DNA of 64,000 nt from Minutocellus sp. GHC0000111 (Eukaryota), in assembly GCA_977018835.1 (NCBI GenBank), contig OZ361257.1, forward strand, positions 4,588,001-4,652,000, in the 5' to 3' direction. The notes beneath the pieces were generated by a model that saw nothing but the letters and a program-made list of their open reading frames with translations, ran no database searches and was not told the DNA's origin. A program made the translations under genes and the position numbers. Below, piece by piece: positions 52,501 through 64,000 of this stretch (position 1 is the stretch's first letter; every line of letters starts with the position of its first letter).

Positions 52501-55500
52501 AATATGAGTTGCTCCAGTTAGGAGCGCCCTAGCTTTCCCAACGCTGCTGGCGACGCCCACACCACCCACAAAGATGCGTGCTTTGGCTGCAGTGCAATCA
52601 CAGGACACTGCTCACCACATGCATTTCTTGCTGCTCTCACATGGCAATGAATGGAACATAAGCTTTGGTAGAGATCAGGGTGCTTCTATGGTCAAATGTG
52701 AGTTGCTCCAGTTTGGAGAGCACTGATTTTCCCAACGCTGCTGGCTGGCGACTCCCCAACCACCCACAAAGATGCATGCTTTGGCTGCAGTGCAATCACA
52801 GGACACTGCTCACCACATGCATTCCTTGCTGCTCTCACATGGCAATGAATTGAACTAAGCTTTGGCAGAGATCAGGGCACTCCCATGGTCAAATGTGAGT
52901 TGCTCCAGTTAGTACAGCCCTAGTTTTCCCAACGCTGCTGGCGACACCCACACCACCCACAAAGATGCGTGCTTTGGCTGCAGTGCAATCACAGGACACT
53001 GCTCACCACATGCATTCCTTGCTGCTCTCACATGGCAATGAATGGAACATAAGCTTTGGTAGAGATCAGGGTGCTGCTATGGTCAAATGTGAGTTGCTCC
53101 AGTTTGGAGAGCACTGATTTTCCCAACGCTGCTGGCTGGCAACTCCCCAACAACCCACAAAGATGAGTGCTTTGGCTGCAGTGCAATCACAGGACACTGC
53201 TCAACACATGCATTCCTTGCTGCTCTCACATGGCAATGAATGGAACATAAGCTTTGGTAGAGATCAGGGTTCTCCTATGGTCAAACATGAATTGCTCCAG
53301 TTAGGAGCGCCCTAGATAGTTTGTCCAACGCTGCTGGCGACGCCCCCACCACCCACAAAGATGAGTGCTTTGGCTGCAGTGCAATCACAGGACACTGCTC
53401 AACACATGCATTCGTTGCTGATCTCACATGGCAATGAATGGAACATAAGCTTTGGAAGAGATCATGGTGCTGCTATGGTCAAACATGAATTGCTCCAGTT
53501 AGGAGCGCCCTAGATAGTTTGTCCAACGCTGCTGGCGACGCCCACACCACCCACAAAGATGAGTGCTTTGGCTGCAGTGCAATCACAGGACACTGCTCAA
53601 CACATGCATTCCTTGCTGCTCTCACATGGCAATGAATGGAACATAAGCTTTGGTAGAGATCAGGGTGCTCCTATGGTCAAATGTGAGTTGATCCAGTTAG
53701 GACAGCCCTAACTTTCCCAACGCTGCTGGCGACGCCCACACCACCCACAAAGATGCGTGCTTTGGCTGCAGTGCAATCACAGGACACTGCTCACCACATG
53801 CATTCCTTGCTGCTCTCACATGGCAATGAATGGAACATAAGCTTTGGTAGAGATCAGGGTGCTTCTATGGTAAAATGTGAGTTGCTCCAGTTAGGAGCGC
53901 CCTGGCTGGCGACGCCCACAAAGATGAGTGCTTTGGCTGCAGTGCAATCACTGGACACTGCTCACCACATGCATTCCTTGCTGCTCTCACATGGCAATGA
54001 ATGGAACATAAGCTTTGGTAGAGATCAGGGTGCTGCTATGGTCAAATGTGAGTTGCTCCAGTTTGGAGAGCACTGATTTTCCCGACGCTGCTTGCTGGCG
54101 ACTCCCCAACAACCCACAAAGATGAGTGCTTTGGCTGCAGTGCAATCACAGGACACTGCTCACCACATGCATTCCTTGCTGCTCTCACATGGCAATGAAT
54201 GGAACATAAGCTTTGGTAGAGATCAGGGTGCTCCTATGGTCAAATGTGAGTTGCTCCAGTTAGGAGCGCCCTAGTTTTCCCAACGCTGCTGGCGACGCCC
54301 ACAAAGATGAGTGCTTTGGCTGCAGTGCAATCACTGGACACTGCTCACCACATGCATTCCTTACTGCTCTCACATGGCAATGAAGGAACATAAGCTTTGG
54401 TAGAGATCAGGGTGCTCCTGTGGTGACAACTGAGTTGCTCCAGTTAGGAGCGCCCTAGTTTTCCCAATGCTGCTGGTGACGCCCACACCACCCACAAAGA
54501 TGCATGCTTTGGCTGCAGTGCAATCACAGGACACTGCTCACCACATGCATTCCTTGCTGCTCTCACATGGCAATGAAGGAACATAAGCTTTGGTATAGAT
54601 CAGGGTGCTCCTATGGTCAAACATGAGTTGCTCCAGTTAGGAGAGCACTGATTTTCCCAACGCTGCTGGCTGGCGACTCCCCAACCACCCACAAAGATGC
54701 ATGCTTTGGCTGCAGTGCAATCACAGGACACTGCTCACCACATGCATTCCTTGCTGCTCTCACATGGCAATGAATTGAACTAAGCTTTGGCAGAGATCAG
54801 GGCACTCCCATGGTCAAATGTGAGTTGCTCCAGTTAGTACAGCCCTAGTTTTCCCAACGCTGCTGGCGACACCCACACCACCCACAAAGATGCGTGCTTT
54901 GGCTGCAGTGCAATCACAGGACACTGCTCACCACATGCATTCCTTGCTGCTCTCACATGGCAATGAATGGAACATAAGCTTTGGTAGAGATCAGGGTGCT
55001 GCTATGGTCAAATGTGAGTTGCTCCAGTTTGGAGAGCACTGATTTTCCCAACGCTGCTGGCTGGCAACTCCCCAACAACCCACAAAGATGAGTGCTTTGG
55101 CTGCAGTGCAATCACAGGACACTGCTCACCACATGCATTCCTTGCTGCTCTCACATGGCAATGAATGGAACATAAGCTTTGGTAGAGATCAGGGTGCTCC
55201 CATGGTCAAATATGAGTTGCTCCAGTTTTGGAGAGCACTGATTTTCCCGACGCTGCTTGCTGGCGACTCCCCAACAACCCACAAAGATGAGTGCTTTGGC
55301 TGCAGTGCAATCACAGGACACTGCTCACCACATGCATTCCTTGCTGCTCTCACATGGCAATGAATGGAACATAAGCTTTGGTAGAGATCAGGGTGCTCCT
55401 ATGGTCAAATGTGAGTTGCTCCAGTTAGGACAGCCCTAACTCTCACATGGCAATGAATGGAACATAAGCTTTGGTAGAGATCAGGGTGCTCCTATGGTCA

Positions 55501-58500
55501 AATGTGAGTTGCTCCAGTTAGGAGCGCCCTAGTTTTCCCAACGCTGCTGGCGACGCCCACAAAGATGAGTGCTTTGGCTGCAGTGCAATCACTGGACACT
55601 GCTCACCACATGCATTCCTTGCTGCTCTCACATGGCAATGAAGGAACATAAGCTTTGGTAGAGATCAGGGTGCTCCTGTGGTGACAACTGAGTTGCTCCA
55701 GTTAGGAGCGCCCTAGTTTTCCCAATGCTGCTGGTGACGCCCACACCACCCACAAAGATGCATGCTTTGGCTGCAGTGCAATCACAGGACACTGCTCACC
55801 ACATGCATTCCTTGCTGCTCTCACATGGCAATGAAGGAACATAAGCTTTGGTATAGATCAGGGTGCTCCTATGGTCAAACATGAGTTGCTCCAGTTAGGA
55901 GAGCACTGATTTTCCCAACGCTGCTGGCTGGCGACTCCCCAACCACCCACAAAGATGCATGCTTTGGCTGCAGTGCAATCACAGGACACTGCTCACCACA
56001 TGCATTCCTTGCTGCTCTCACATGGCAATGAATTGAACTAAGCTTTGGCAGAGATCAGGGCACTCCCATGGTCAAATGTGAGTTGCTCCAGTTAGTACAG
56101 CCCTAGTTTTCCCAACGCTGCTGGCGACACCCACACCACCCACAAAGATGCGTGCTTTGGCTGCAGTGCAATCACAGGACACTGCTCACCACATGCATTC
56201 CTTGCTGCTCTCACATGGCAATGAATGGAACATAAGCTTTGGTAGAGATCAGGGTGCTGCTATGGTCAAATGTGAGTTGCTCCAGTTTGGAGAGCACTGA
56301 TTTTCCCAACGCTGCTGGCTGGCAACTCCCCAACAACCCACAAAGATGAGTGCTTTGGCTGCAGTGCAATCACAGGACACTGCTCACCACATGCATTCCT
56401 TGCTGCTCTCACATGGCAATGAATGGAACATAAGCTTTGGTAGAGATCAGGGTGCTCCCATGGTCAAATATGAGTTGCTCCAGTTAGGAGCGCCCTAGCT
56501 TTCCCAACGCTGCTGGCGACGCCCACACCACCCACAAAGATGAGTGCTTTGGCTGCAGTGCAATCACAGGACACTGCTCACCACATGCATTCCTTGCTGC
56601 TCTCACATGGCAATGAATGGAACATAAGCTTTGGTAGAGATCAGGGTGCTCCTGTGGTCAAACATGAGTTGCTCCAGTTAGGACAGCCCTAGCTTTCCCA
56701 ACGCTGCTGGCGACGCCCACACCACCCACAAAGATGAGTGCTTTGGCTGCAGTGCAATCACAGGACACTGCTCACCACATGCATTCCTTGCTGCTCTCAC
56801 ATGGCAATGAATGGAACATAAGCTTTGGTAGAGATCAGGGCACTCCTGTGGTCAAATGTGAGTTGCTCCAGTTAGGACAGCCCTAGTTTTCCCAACGCTG
56901 CTGGCGCCGCCCCCACCACCCACAAAGATGAGTGCTTTGGCTGCAGTGCAATCACAGGACACTGCTCACCACATGCATTCCTTGCTGCTCTCACATGGCA
57001 ATGAATGGAACATAAGCTTTGGTAGAGATCAGGGTGCTCCTATGGTCAAATGTGAGTTGCTCCAGTTAGGACAGCCCTAACTTTCCCAACGCTGCTGGTG
57101 ACGCCCACACCACCCACAAATATGCGTGCTTTGGCTGCAGTGCAATCACAGGACACTGCTCACCACATGCATTCCTTGCTGCTCTCACATCGCAATGAAT
57201 GGAACATAAGCTTTGGTAGAGATCAGGGTGCTCCTATGGTCAAATGTGAGTTGCTCCAGTTTGGAGAGCACTGATTTTCCCAACGCTGCTTGCTGGCGAC
57301 TCCCCAACAACCCACAAAGATGAGTGCTTTGGCTGCAGTGCAATCACAGGACACTGCTCACCACATGCATTCCTTGCTGCTCTCACATGGCAATGAATGG
57401 AACATAAGCTTTGGTAGAGATCAGGGTGCTCCTATGGTCAAATGTGAGTTGCTCCAGTTAGGACAGCCCTAACTTTCCCAACGCTGCTGGCGACGCCCAC
57501 ACCACCCACAAATATGAGTGCTTTGGCTGCAGTGCAATCACAGGACACTGCTCACCACATGCATTCCTTGCTGCTCTCACATGGCAATGAATGGAACATA
57601 AGCTTTGGTAGAGATCAGGGTGCTCCTATTATTGATGTGAGTTGCTCCAGTTAGGAGCGCCCTAGCTTTCCCAAAGCTGCTGGCGACGCCCACAAAGATG
57701 AGTGCTTTGGCTGCAGTGCAATCACTGGACACTGCTCACCACATGCATTCCTTGCTGCTCTCACATGGCAATGAATGGAACATAAGCTTTGGTAGAGATC
57801 AGGGTGCTGCTATGGTCAAATGTGAGTTGCTCCAGTTTGGAGAGCACTGATTTTCCCGACGCTGCTTGCTGGCGACTCCCCAACAACCCACAAAGATGAG
57901 TGCTTTGGCTGCAGTGCAATCACAGGACACTGCTCACCACATGCATTCCTTGCTGCTCTCACATGGCAATGAATGGAACATAAGCTTTGGTAGAGATCAG
58001 GGTGCTCCTATGGTCAAATGTGAGTTGCTCCAGTTAGGAGCGCCCTAGTTTTCCCAACGCTGCTGGCGACGCCCACAAAGATGAGTGCTTTGGCTGCAGT
58101 GCAATCACTGGACACTGCTCACCACATGCATTCCTTACTGCTCTCACATGGCAATGAAGGAACATAAGCTTTGGTAGAGATCAGGGTGCTGCTGTGGTGA
58201 CAACTGAGTTGCTCCAGTTAGGAGCGCCCTAGTTTTCCCAATGCTGCTGGTGACGCCCACACCACCCACAAAGATGCATGCTTTGGCTGCAGTGCAATCA
58301 CAGGACACTGCTCACCACATGCATTCCTTGCTGCTCTCACATGGCAATGAAGGAACATAAGCTTTGGTATAGATCAGGGTGCTCCTATGGTCAAACATGA
58401 GTTGCTCCAGTTAGGAGAGCACTGATTTTCCCAACGCTGCTGGCTGGCGACTCCCCAACCACCCACAAAGATGCATGCTTTGGCTGCAGTGCAATCACAG

Positions 58501-61500
58501 GACACTGCTCACCACATGCATTCCTTGCTGCTCTCACATGGCAATGAATTGAACTAAGCTTTGGCAGAGATCAGGGCACTCCCATGGTCAAATGTGAGTT
58601 GCTCCAGTTAGTACAGCCCTAGTTTTCCCAACGCTGCTGGCGACACCCACACCACCCACAAAGATGCGTGCTTTGGCTGCAGTGCAATCACAGGACACTG
58701 CTCACCACATGCATTCCTTGCTGCTCTCACATGGCAATGAATGGAACATAAGCTTTGGTAGAGATCAGGGTGCTGCTATGGTCAAATGTGAGTTGCTCCA
58801 GTTTGGAGAGCACTGATTTTCCCAACGCTGCTGGCTGGCAACTCCCCAACAACCCACAAAGATGAGTGCTTTGGCTGCAGTGCAATCACAGGACACTGCT
58901 CACCACATGCATTCCTTGCTGCTCTCACATGGCAATGAATGGAACATAAGCTTTGGTAGAGATCAGGGTGCTCCCATGGTCAAATATGAGTTGCTCCAGT
59001 TTTGGAGAGCACTGATTTTCCCGACGCTGCTTGCTGGCGACTCCCCAACAACCCACAAAGATGAGTGCTTTGGCTGCAGTGCAATCACAGGACACTGCTC
59101 ACCACATGCATTCCTTGCTGCTCTCACATGGCAATGAATGGAACATAAGCTTTGGTAGAGATCAGGGTGCTCCTATGGTCAAATGTGAGTTGCTCCAGTT
59201 AGGACAGCCCTAACTTTCCCAACGCTGCTGGCGACGCCCACACCACCCACAAATATGAGTGCTTTGGCTGCAGTGCAATCACAGGACACTGCTCACCACA
59301 TGCATTCCTTGCTGCTCTCACATGGCAATGAATGGAACATAAGCTTTGGTAGAGATCAGGGTGCTCCTATGGTCAAATGTGAGTTGCTCCAGTTAGGACA
59401 GCCCTAACTTTCCCAACGCTGCTGGCGACGCCCACACCACCCACAAATATGAGTGCTTTGGCTGCAGTGCAATCACAGGACACTGCTCACCACATGCATT
59501 CCTTGCTGCTCTCACATGGCAATGAATGGAACATAAGCTTTGGTAGAGATCAGGGTGCTCCTATTATTGATGTGAGTTGCTCCAGTTAGGAGCGCCCTAG
59601 CTTTCCCAAAGCTGCTGGCGACGCCCACAAAGATGAGTGCTTTGGCTGCAGTGCAATCACTGGACACTGCTCACCACATGCATTCCTTGCTGCTCTCACA
59701 TGGCAATGAATGGAACATAAGCTTTGGTAGAGATCAGGGTGCTGCTATGGTCAAATGTGAGTTGCTCCAGTTTGGAGAGCACTGATTTTCCCGACGCTGC
59801 TTGCTGGCGACTCCCCAACAACCCACAAAGATGAGTGCTTTGGCTGCAGTGCAATCACAGGACACTGCTCACCACATGCATTCCTTGCTGCTCTCACATG
59901 GCAATGAATGGAACATAAGCTTTGGTAGAGATCAGGGTGCTCCTATGGTCAAATGTGAGTTGCTCCAGTTAGGAGCGCCCTAGTTTTCCCAACGCTGCTG
60001 GCGACGCCCACAAAGATGAGTGCTTTGGCTGCAGTGCAATCACTGGACACTGCTCACCACATGCATTCCTTGCTGCTCTCACATGGCAATGAAGGAACAT
60101 AAGCTTTGGTAGAGATCAGGGTGCTCCTGTGGTGACAACTGAGTTGCTCCAGTTAGGAGCGCCCTAGTTTTCCCAATGCTGCTGGTGACGCCCACACCAC
60201 CCACAAAGATGCATGCTTTGGCTGCAGTGCAATCACAGGACACTGCTCACCACATGCATTCCTTGCTGCTCTCACATGGCAATGAAGGAACATAAGCTTT
60301 GGTATAGATCAGGTTGCTTCTATGGTCAAATGTGAGTTGCTCCAGTTAGGAGCGCCCTGGCTTTCCCAACGCTGCTGGCGACGCCCACACCACCCACAAA
60401 GATGCGTGCTTTGGCTGCAGTGCAATCACTGGACACTGCTCACCACATGCATTCCTTGCTGCTCTCACATGGCAATGAATGGAACATAAGCTTTGGTAGA
60501 GATCAGGGTGCTGCCATGGTCAAATATGAGTTGCTCCAGTTAGGAGCGCCCTAGCTTTCCCAACGCTGCTGGCGACGCCCACACCACCCACAAAGATGCG
60601 TGCTTTGGCTGCAGTGCAATCACAGGACACTGCTCACCACATGCATTTCTTGCTGCTCTCACATGGCAATGAATGGAACATAAGCTTTGGTAGAGATCAG
60701 GGTGCTTCTATGGTCAAATGTGAGTTGCTCCAGTTTGGAGAGCACTGATTTTCCCAACGCTGCTGGCTGGCGACTCCCCAACCACCCACAAAGATGCATG
60801 CTTTGGCTGCAGTGCAATCACAGGACACTGCTCACCACATGCATTCCTTGCTGCTCTCACATGGCAATGAATTGAACTAAGCTTTGGCAGAGATCAGGGC
60901 ACTCCCATGGTCAAATGTGAGTTGCTCCAGTTAGTACAGCCCTAGTTTTCCCAACGCTGCTGGCGACACCCACACCACCCACAAAGATGCGTGCTTTGGC
61001 TGCAGTGCAATCACAGGACACTGCTCACCACATGCATTCCTTGCTGCTCTCACATGGCAATGAATGGAACATAAGCTTTGGTAGAGATCAGGGTGCTGCT
61101 ATGGTCAAATGTGAGTTGCTCCAGTTTGGAGAGCACTGATTTTCCCAACGCTGCTGGCTGGCAACTCCCCAACAACCCACAAAGATGAGTGCTTTGGCTG
61201 CAGTGCAATCACAGGACACTGCTCAACACATGCATTCCTTGCTGCTCTCACATGGCAATGAATGGAACATAAGCTTTGGTAGAGATCAGGGTTCTCCTAT
61301 GGTCAAACATGAATTGCTCCAGTTAGGAGCGCCCTAGATAGTTTGTCCAACGCTGCTGGCGACGCCCCCACCACCCACAAAGATGAGTGCTTTGGCTGCA
61401 GTGCAATCACAGGACACTGCTCAACACATGCATTCGTTGCTGATCTCACATGGCAATGAATGGAACATAAGCTTTGGAAGAGATCATGGTGCTGCTATGG

Positions 61501-64000
61501 TCAAACATGAATTGCTCCAGTTAGGAGCGCCCTAGATAGTTTGTCCAACGCTGCTGGCGACGCCCACACCACCCACAAAGATGAGTGCTTTGGCTGCAGT
61601 GCAATCACAGGACACTGCTCAACACATGCATTCCTTGCTGCTCTCACATGGCAATGAATGGAACATAAGCTTTGGTAGAGATCAGGGTGCTCCTATGGTC
61701 AAATGTGAGTTGATCCAGTTAGGACAGCCCTAACTTTCCCAACGCTGCTGGCGACGCCCACACCACCCACAAAGATGCGTGCTTTGGCTGCAGTGCAATC
61801 ACAGGACACTGCTCACCACATGCATTCCTTGCTGCTCTCACATGGCAATGAATGGAACATAAGCTTTGGTAGAGATCAGGGTGCTTCTATGGTAAAATGT
61901 GAGTTGCTCCAGTTAGGAGCGCCCTGGCTGGCGACGCCCACAAAGATGAGTGCTTTGGCTGCAGTGCAATCACTGGACACTGCTCACCACATGCATTCCT
62001 TGCTGCTCTCACATGGCAATGAATGGAACATAAGCTTTGGTAGAGATCAGGGTGCTGCTATGGTCAAATGTGAGTTGCTCCAGTTTGGAGAGCACTGATT
62101 TTCCCGACGCTGCTTGCTGGCGACTCCCCAACAACCCACAAAGATGAGTGCTTTGGCTGCAGTGCAATCACAGGACACTGCTCACCACATGCATTCCTTG
62201 CTGCTCTCACATGGCAATGAATGGAACATAAGCTTTGGTAGAGATCAGGGTGCTCCTATTATTGATGTGAGTTGCTCCAGTTAGGAGCGCCCTAGCTTTC
62301 CCAAAGCTGCTGGCGACGCCCACAAAGATGAGTGCTTTGGCTGCAGTGCAATCACTGGACACTGCTCACCACATGCATTCCTTGCTGCTCTCACATGGCA
62401 ATGAATGGAACATAAGCTTTGGTAGAGATCAGGGTGCTGCTATGGTCAAATGTGAGTTGCTCCAGTTTGGAGAGCACTGATTTTCCCGACGCTGCTTGCT
62501 GGCGACTCCCCAACAACCCACAAAGATGAGTGCTTTGGCTGCAGTGCAATCACAGGACACTGCTCACCACATGCATTCCTTGCTGCTCTCACATGGCAAT
62601 GAATGGAACATAAGCTTTGGTAGAGATCAGGGTGCTCCTATGGTCAAATGTGAGTTGCTCCAGTTAGGAGCGCCCTAGTTTTCCCAACGCTGCTGGCGAC
62701 GCCCACAAAGATGAGTGCTTTGGCTGCAGTGCAATCACTGGACACTGCTCACCACATGCATTCCTTACTGCTCTCACATGGCAATGAAGGAACATAAGCT
62801 TTGGTAGAGATCAGGGTGCTCCTGTGGTGACAACTGAGTTGCTCCAGTTAGGAGCGCCCTAGTTTTCCCAATGCTGCTGGTGACGCCCACACCACCCACA
62901 AAGATGCATGCTTTGGCTGCAGTGCAATCACAGGACACTGCTCACCACATGCATTCCTTGCTGCTCTCACATGGCAATGAAGGAACATAAGCTTTGGTAT
63001 AGATCAGGGTGCTCCTATGGTCAAACATGAGTTGCTCCAGTTAGGAGAGCACTGATTTTCCCAACGCTGCTGGCTGGCGACTCCCCAACCACCCACAAAG
63101 ATGCATGCTTTGGCTGCAGTGCAATCACAGGACACTGCTCACCACATGCATTCCTTGCTGCTCTCACATGGCAATGAATTGAACTAAGCTTTGGCAGAGA
63201 TCAGGGCACTCCCATGGTCAAATGTGAGTTGCTCCAGTTAGTACAGCCCTAGTTTTCCCAACGCTGCTGGCGACACCCACACCACCCACAAAGATGCGTG
63301 CTTTGGCTGCAGTGCAATCACAGGACACTGCTCACCACATGCATTCCTTGCTGCTCTCACATGGCAATGAATGGAACATAAGCTTTGGTAGAGATCAGGG
63401 TGCTGCTATGGTCAAATGTGAGTTGCTCCAGTTTGGAGAGCACTGATTTTCCCAACGCTGCTGGCTGGCAACTCCCCAACAACCCACAAAGATGAGTGCT
63501 TTGGCTGCAGTGCAATCACAGGACACTGCTCACCACATGCATTCCTTGCTGCTCTCACATGGCAATGAATGGAACATAAGCTTTGGTAGAGATCAGGGTG
63601 CTCCCATGGTCAAATATGAGTTGCTCCAGTTTTGGAGAGCACTGATTTTCCCGACGCTGCTTGCTGGCGACTCCCCAACAACCCACAAAGATGAGTGCTT
63701 TGGCTGCAGTGCAATCACAGGACACTGCTCACCACATGCATTCCTTGCTGCTCTCACATGGCAATGAATGGAACATAAGCTTTGGTAGAGATCAGGGTGC
63801 TCCTATGGTCAAATGTGAGTTGCTCCAGTTAGGACAGCCCTAACTTTCCCAACGCTGCTGGCGACGCCCACACCACCCACAAATATGAGTGCTTTGGCTG
63901 CAGTGCAATCACAGGACACTGCTCACCACATGCATTCCTTGCTGCTCTCACATGGCAATGAATGGAACATAAGCTTTGGTAGAGATCAGGGTGCTCCTAT
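46550..64000. repeat. HOR domain A3 containing an 8,022-bp tandem duplication and short B-type inserts
   Basis: Cassette marker at 47653, 50169, 52104, 54417, 55675, 58191, 60126, 62821. Offsets 49268/57290, 50840/58862 and 53753/61775 are all 8,022. Confidence 0.9.

Larger units (their letters stand above)
821..64000. repeat. Tandem satellite DNA array, ~194-bp monomer, head-to-tail, runs off the window end
   Basis: Period measured directly: 'ttag|gagcgc' at 841 and 1035 (194 bp). Consensus approx. gagcgccctagttttcccaacgctgctggcgacgcccacaccacccacaaagatgagtgctttggctgcagtgcaatcacaggacactgctcaccacatgcattccttgctgctctcacatggcaatgaatggaacataagctttggtagagatcagggtgctcctatggtcaaatgtgagttgctccagttag. 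Nearly every monomer has one HindIII (aagctt), one PstI (ctgcag) and at least one NsiI (atgcat) site. No inversions or foreign inserts were seen. Confidence 0.99.

Noticed and set aside
31..63843. Over 100 short ORFs (60-116 aa, e.g. MLATPQQPTKMSALAAVQSQDTAHH...)
   Set aside because: They are translations of the same monomer. The period is usually not a multiple of 3, a stop occurs in nearly every monomer, many use non-ATG starts, and the longer ones exist only where deletions or point changes remove the stop. Not called as CDS.
821..64000. CRISPR-like alternation of conserved and variable segments
   Set aside because: The variable segments are homologous to one another rather than unique spacers, the unit sizes are far too large, and there are no cas genes.

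Overview
The whole window is one uninterrupted, head-to-tail, single-orientation tandem satellite array of roughly 325-330 copies of a ~194-bp monomer, broken only by a 200-N assembly gap (621-820). It looks like eukaryotic centromeric or heterochromatic satellite DNA; I cannot name the family or organism. No genuine genes, RNA genes, transposons or CRISPR arrays are supported, and the ORF track is simply the monomer read repeatedly. The array is hierarchically organised. (1) Monomer length classes include 185, 193, 194, 196, 197 and 198 bp. (2) A fixed 6-monomer, 1,164-bp cassette joined to variable linkers gives 8-13-mer higher-order repeats (HORs). (3) A second, more heterogeneous monomer set recurs about every 12 kb. 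(4) Multi-kb duplications occur at offsets of 3,030, 4,217/4,609, 8,022, 11,571/12,147/13,897 and 18,852 bp, several tagged by rare truncated monomers. Within the monomer, a CpG-free ~105-bp core is strongly conserved, while an ~89-bp segment carries most indels and all CpG decay. The core is bounded by splice-like signals (ctgcag| ... |gtgagt) and is exactly 35 open codons, which raises a speculative exon-intron origin for the repeat.
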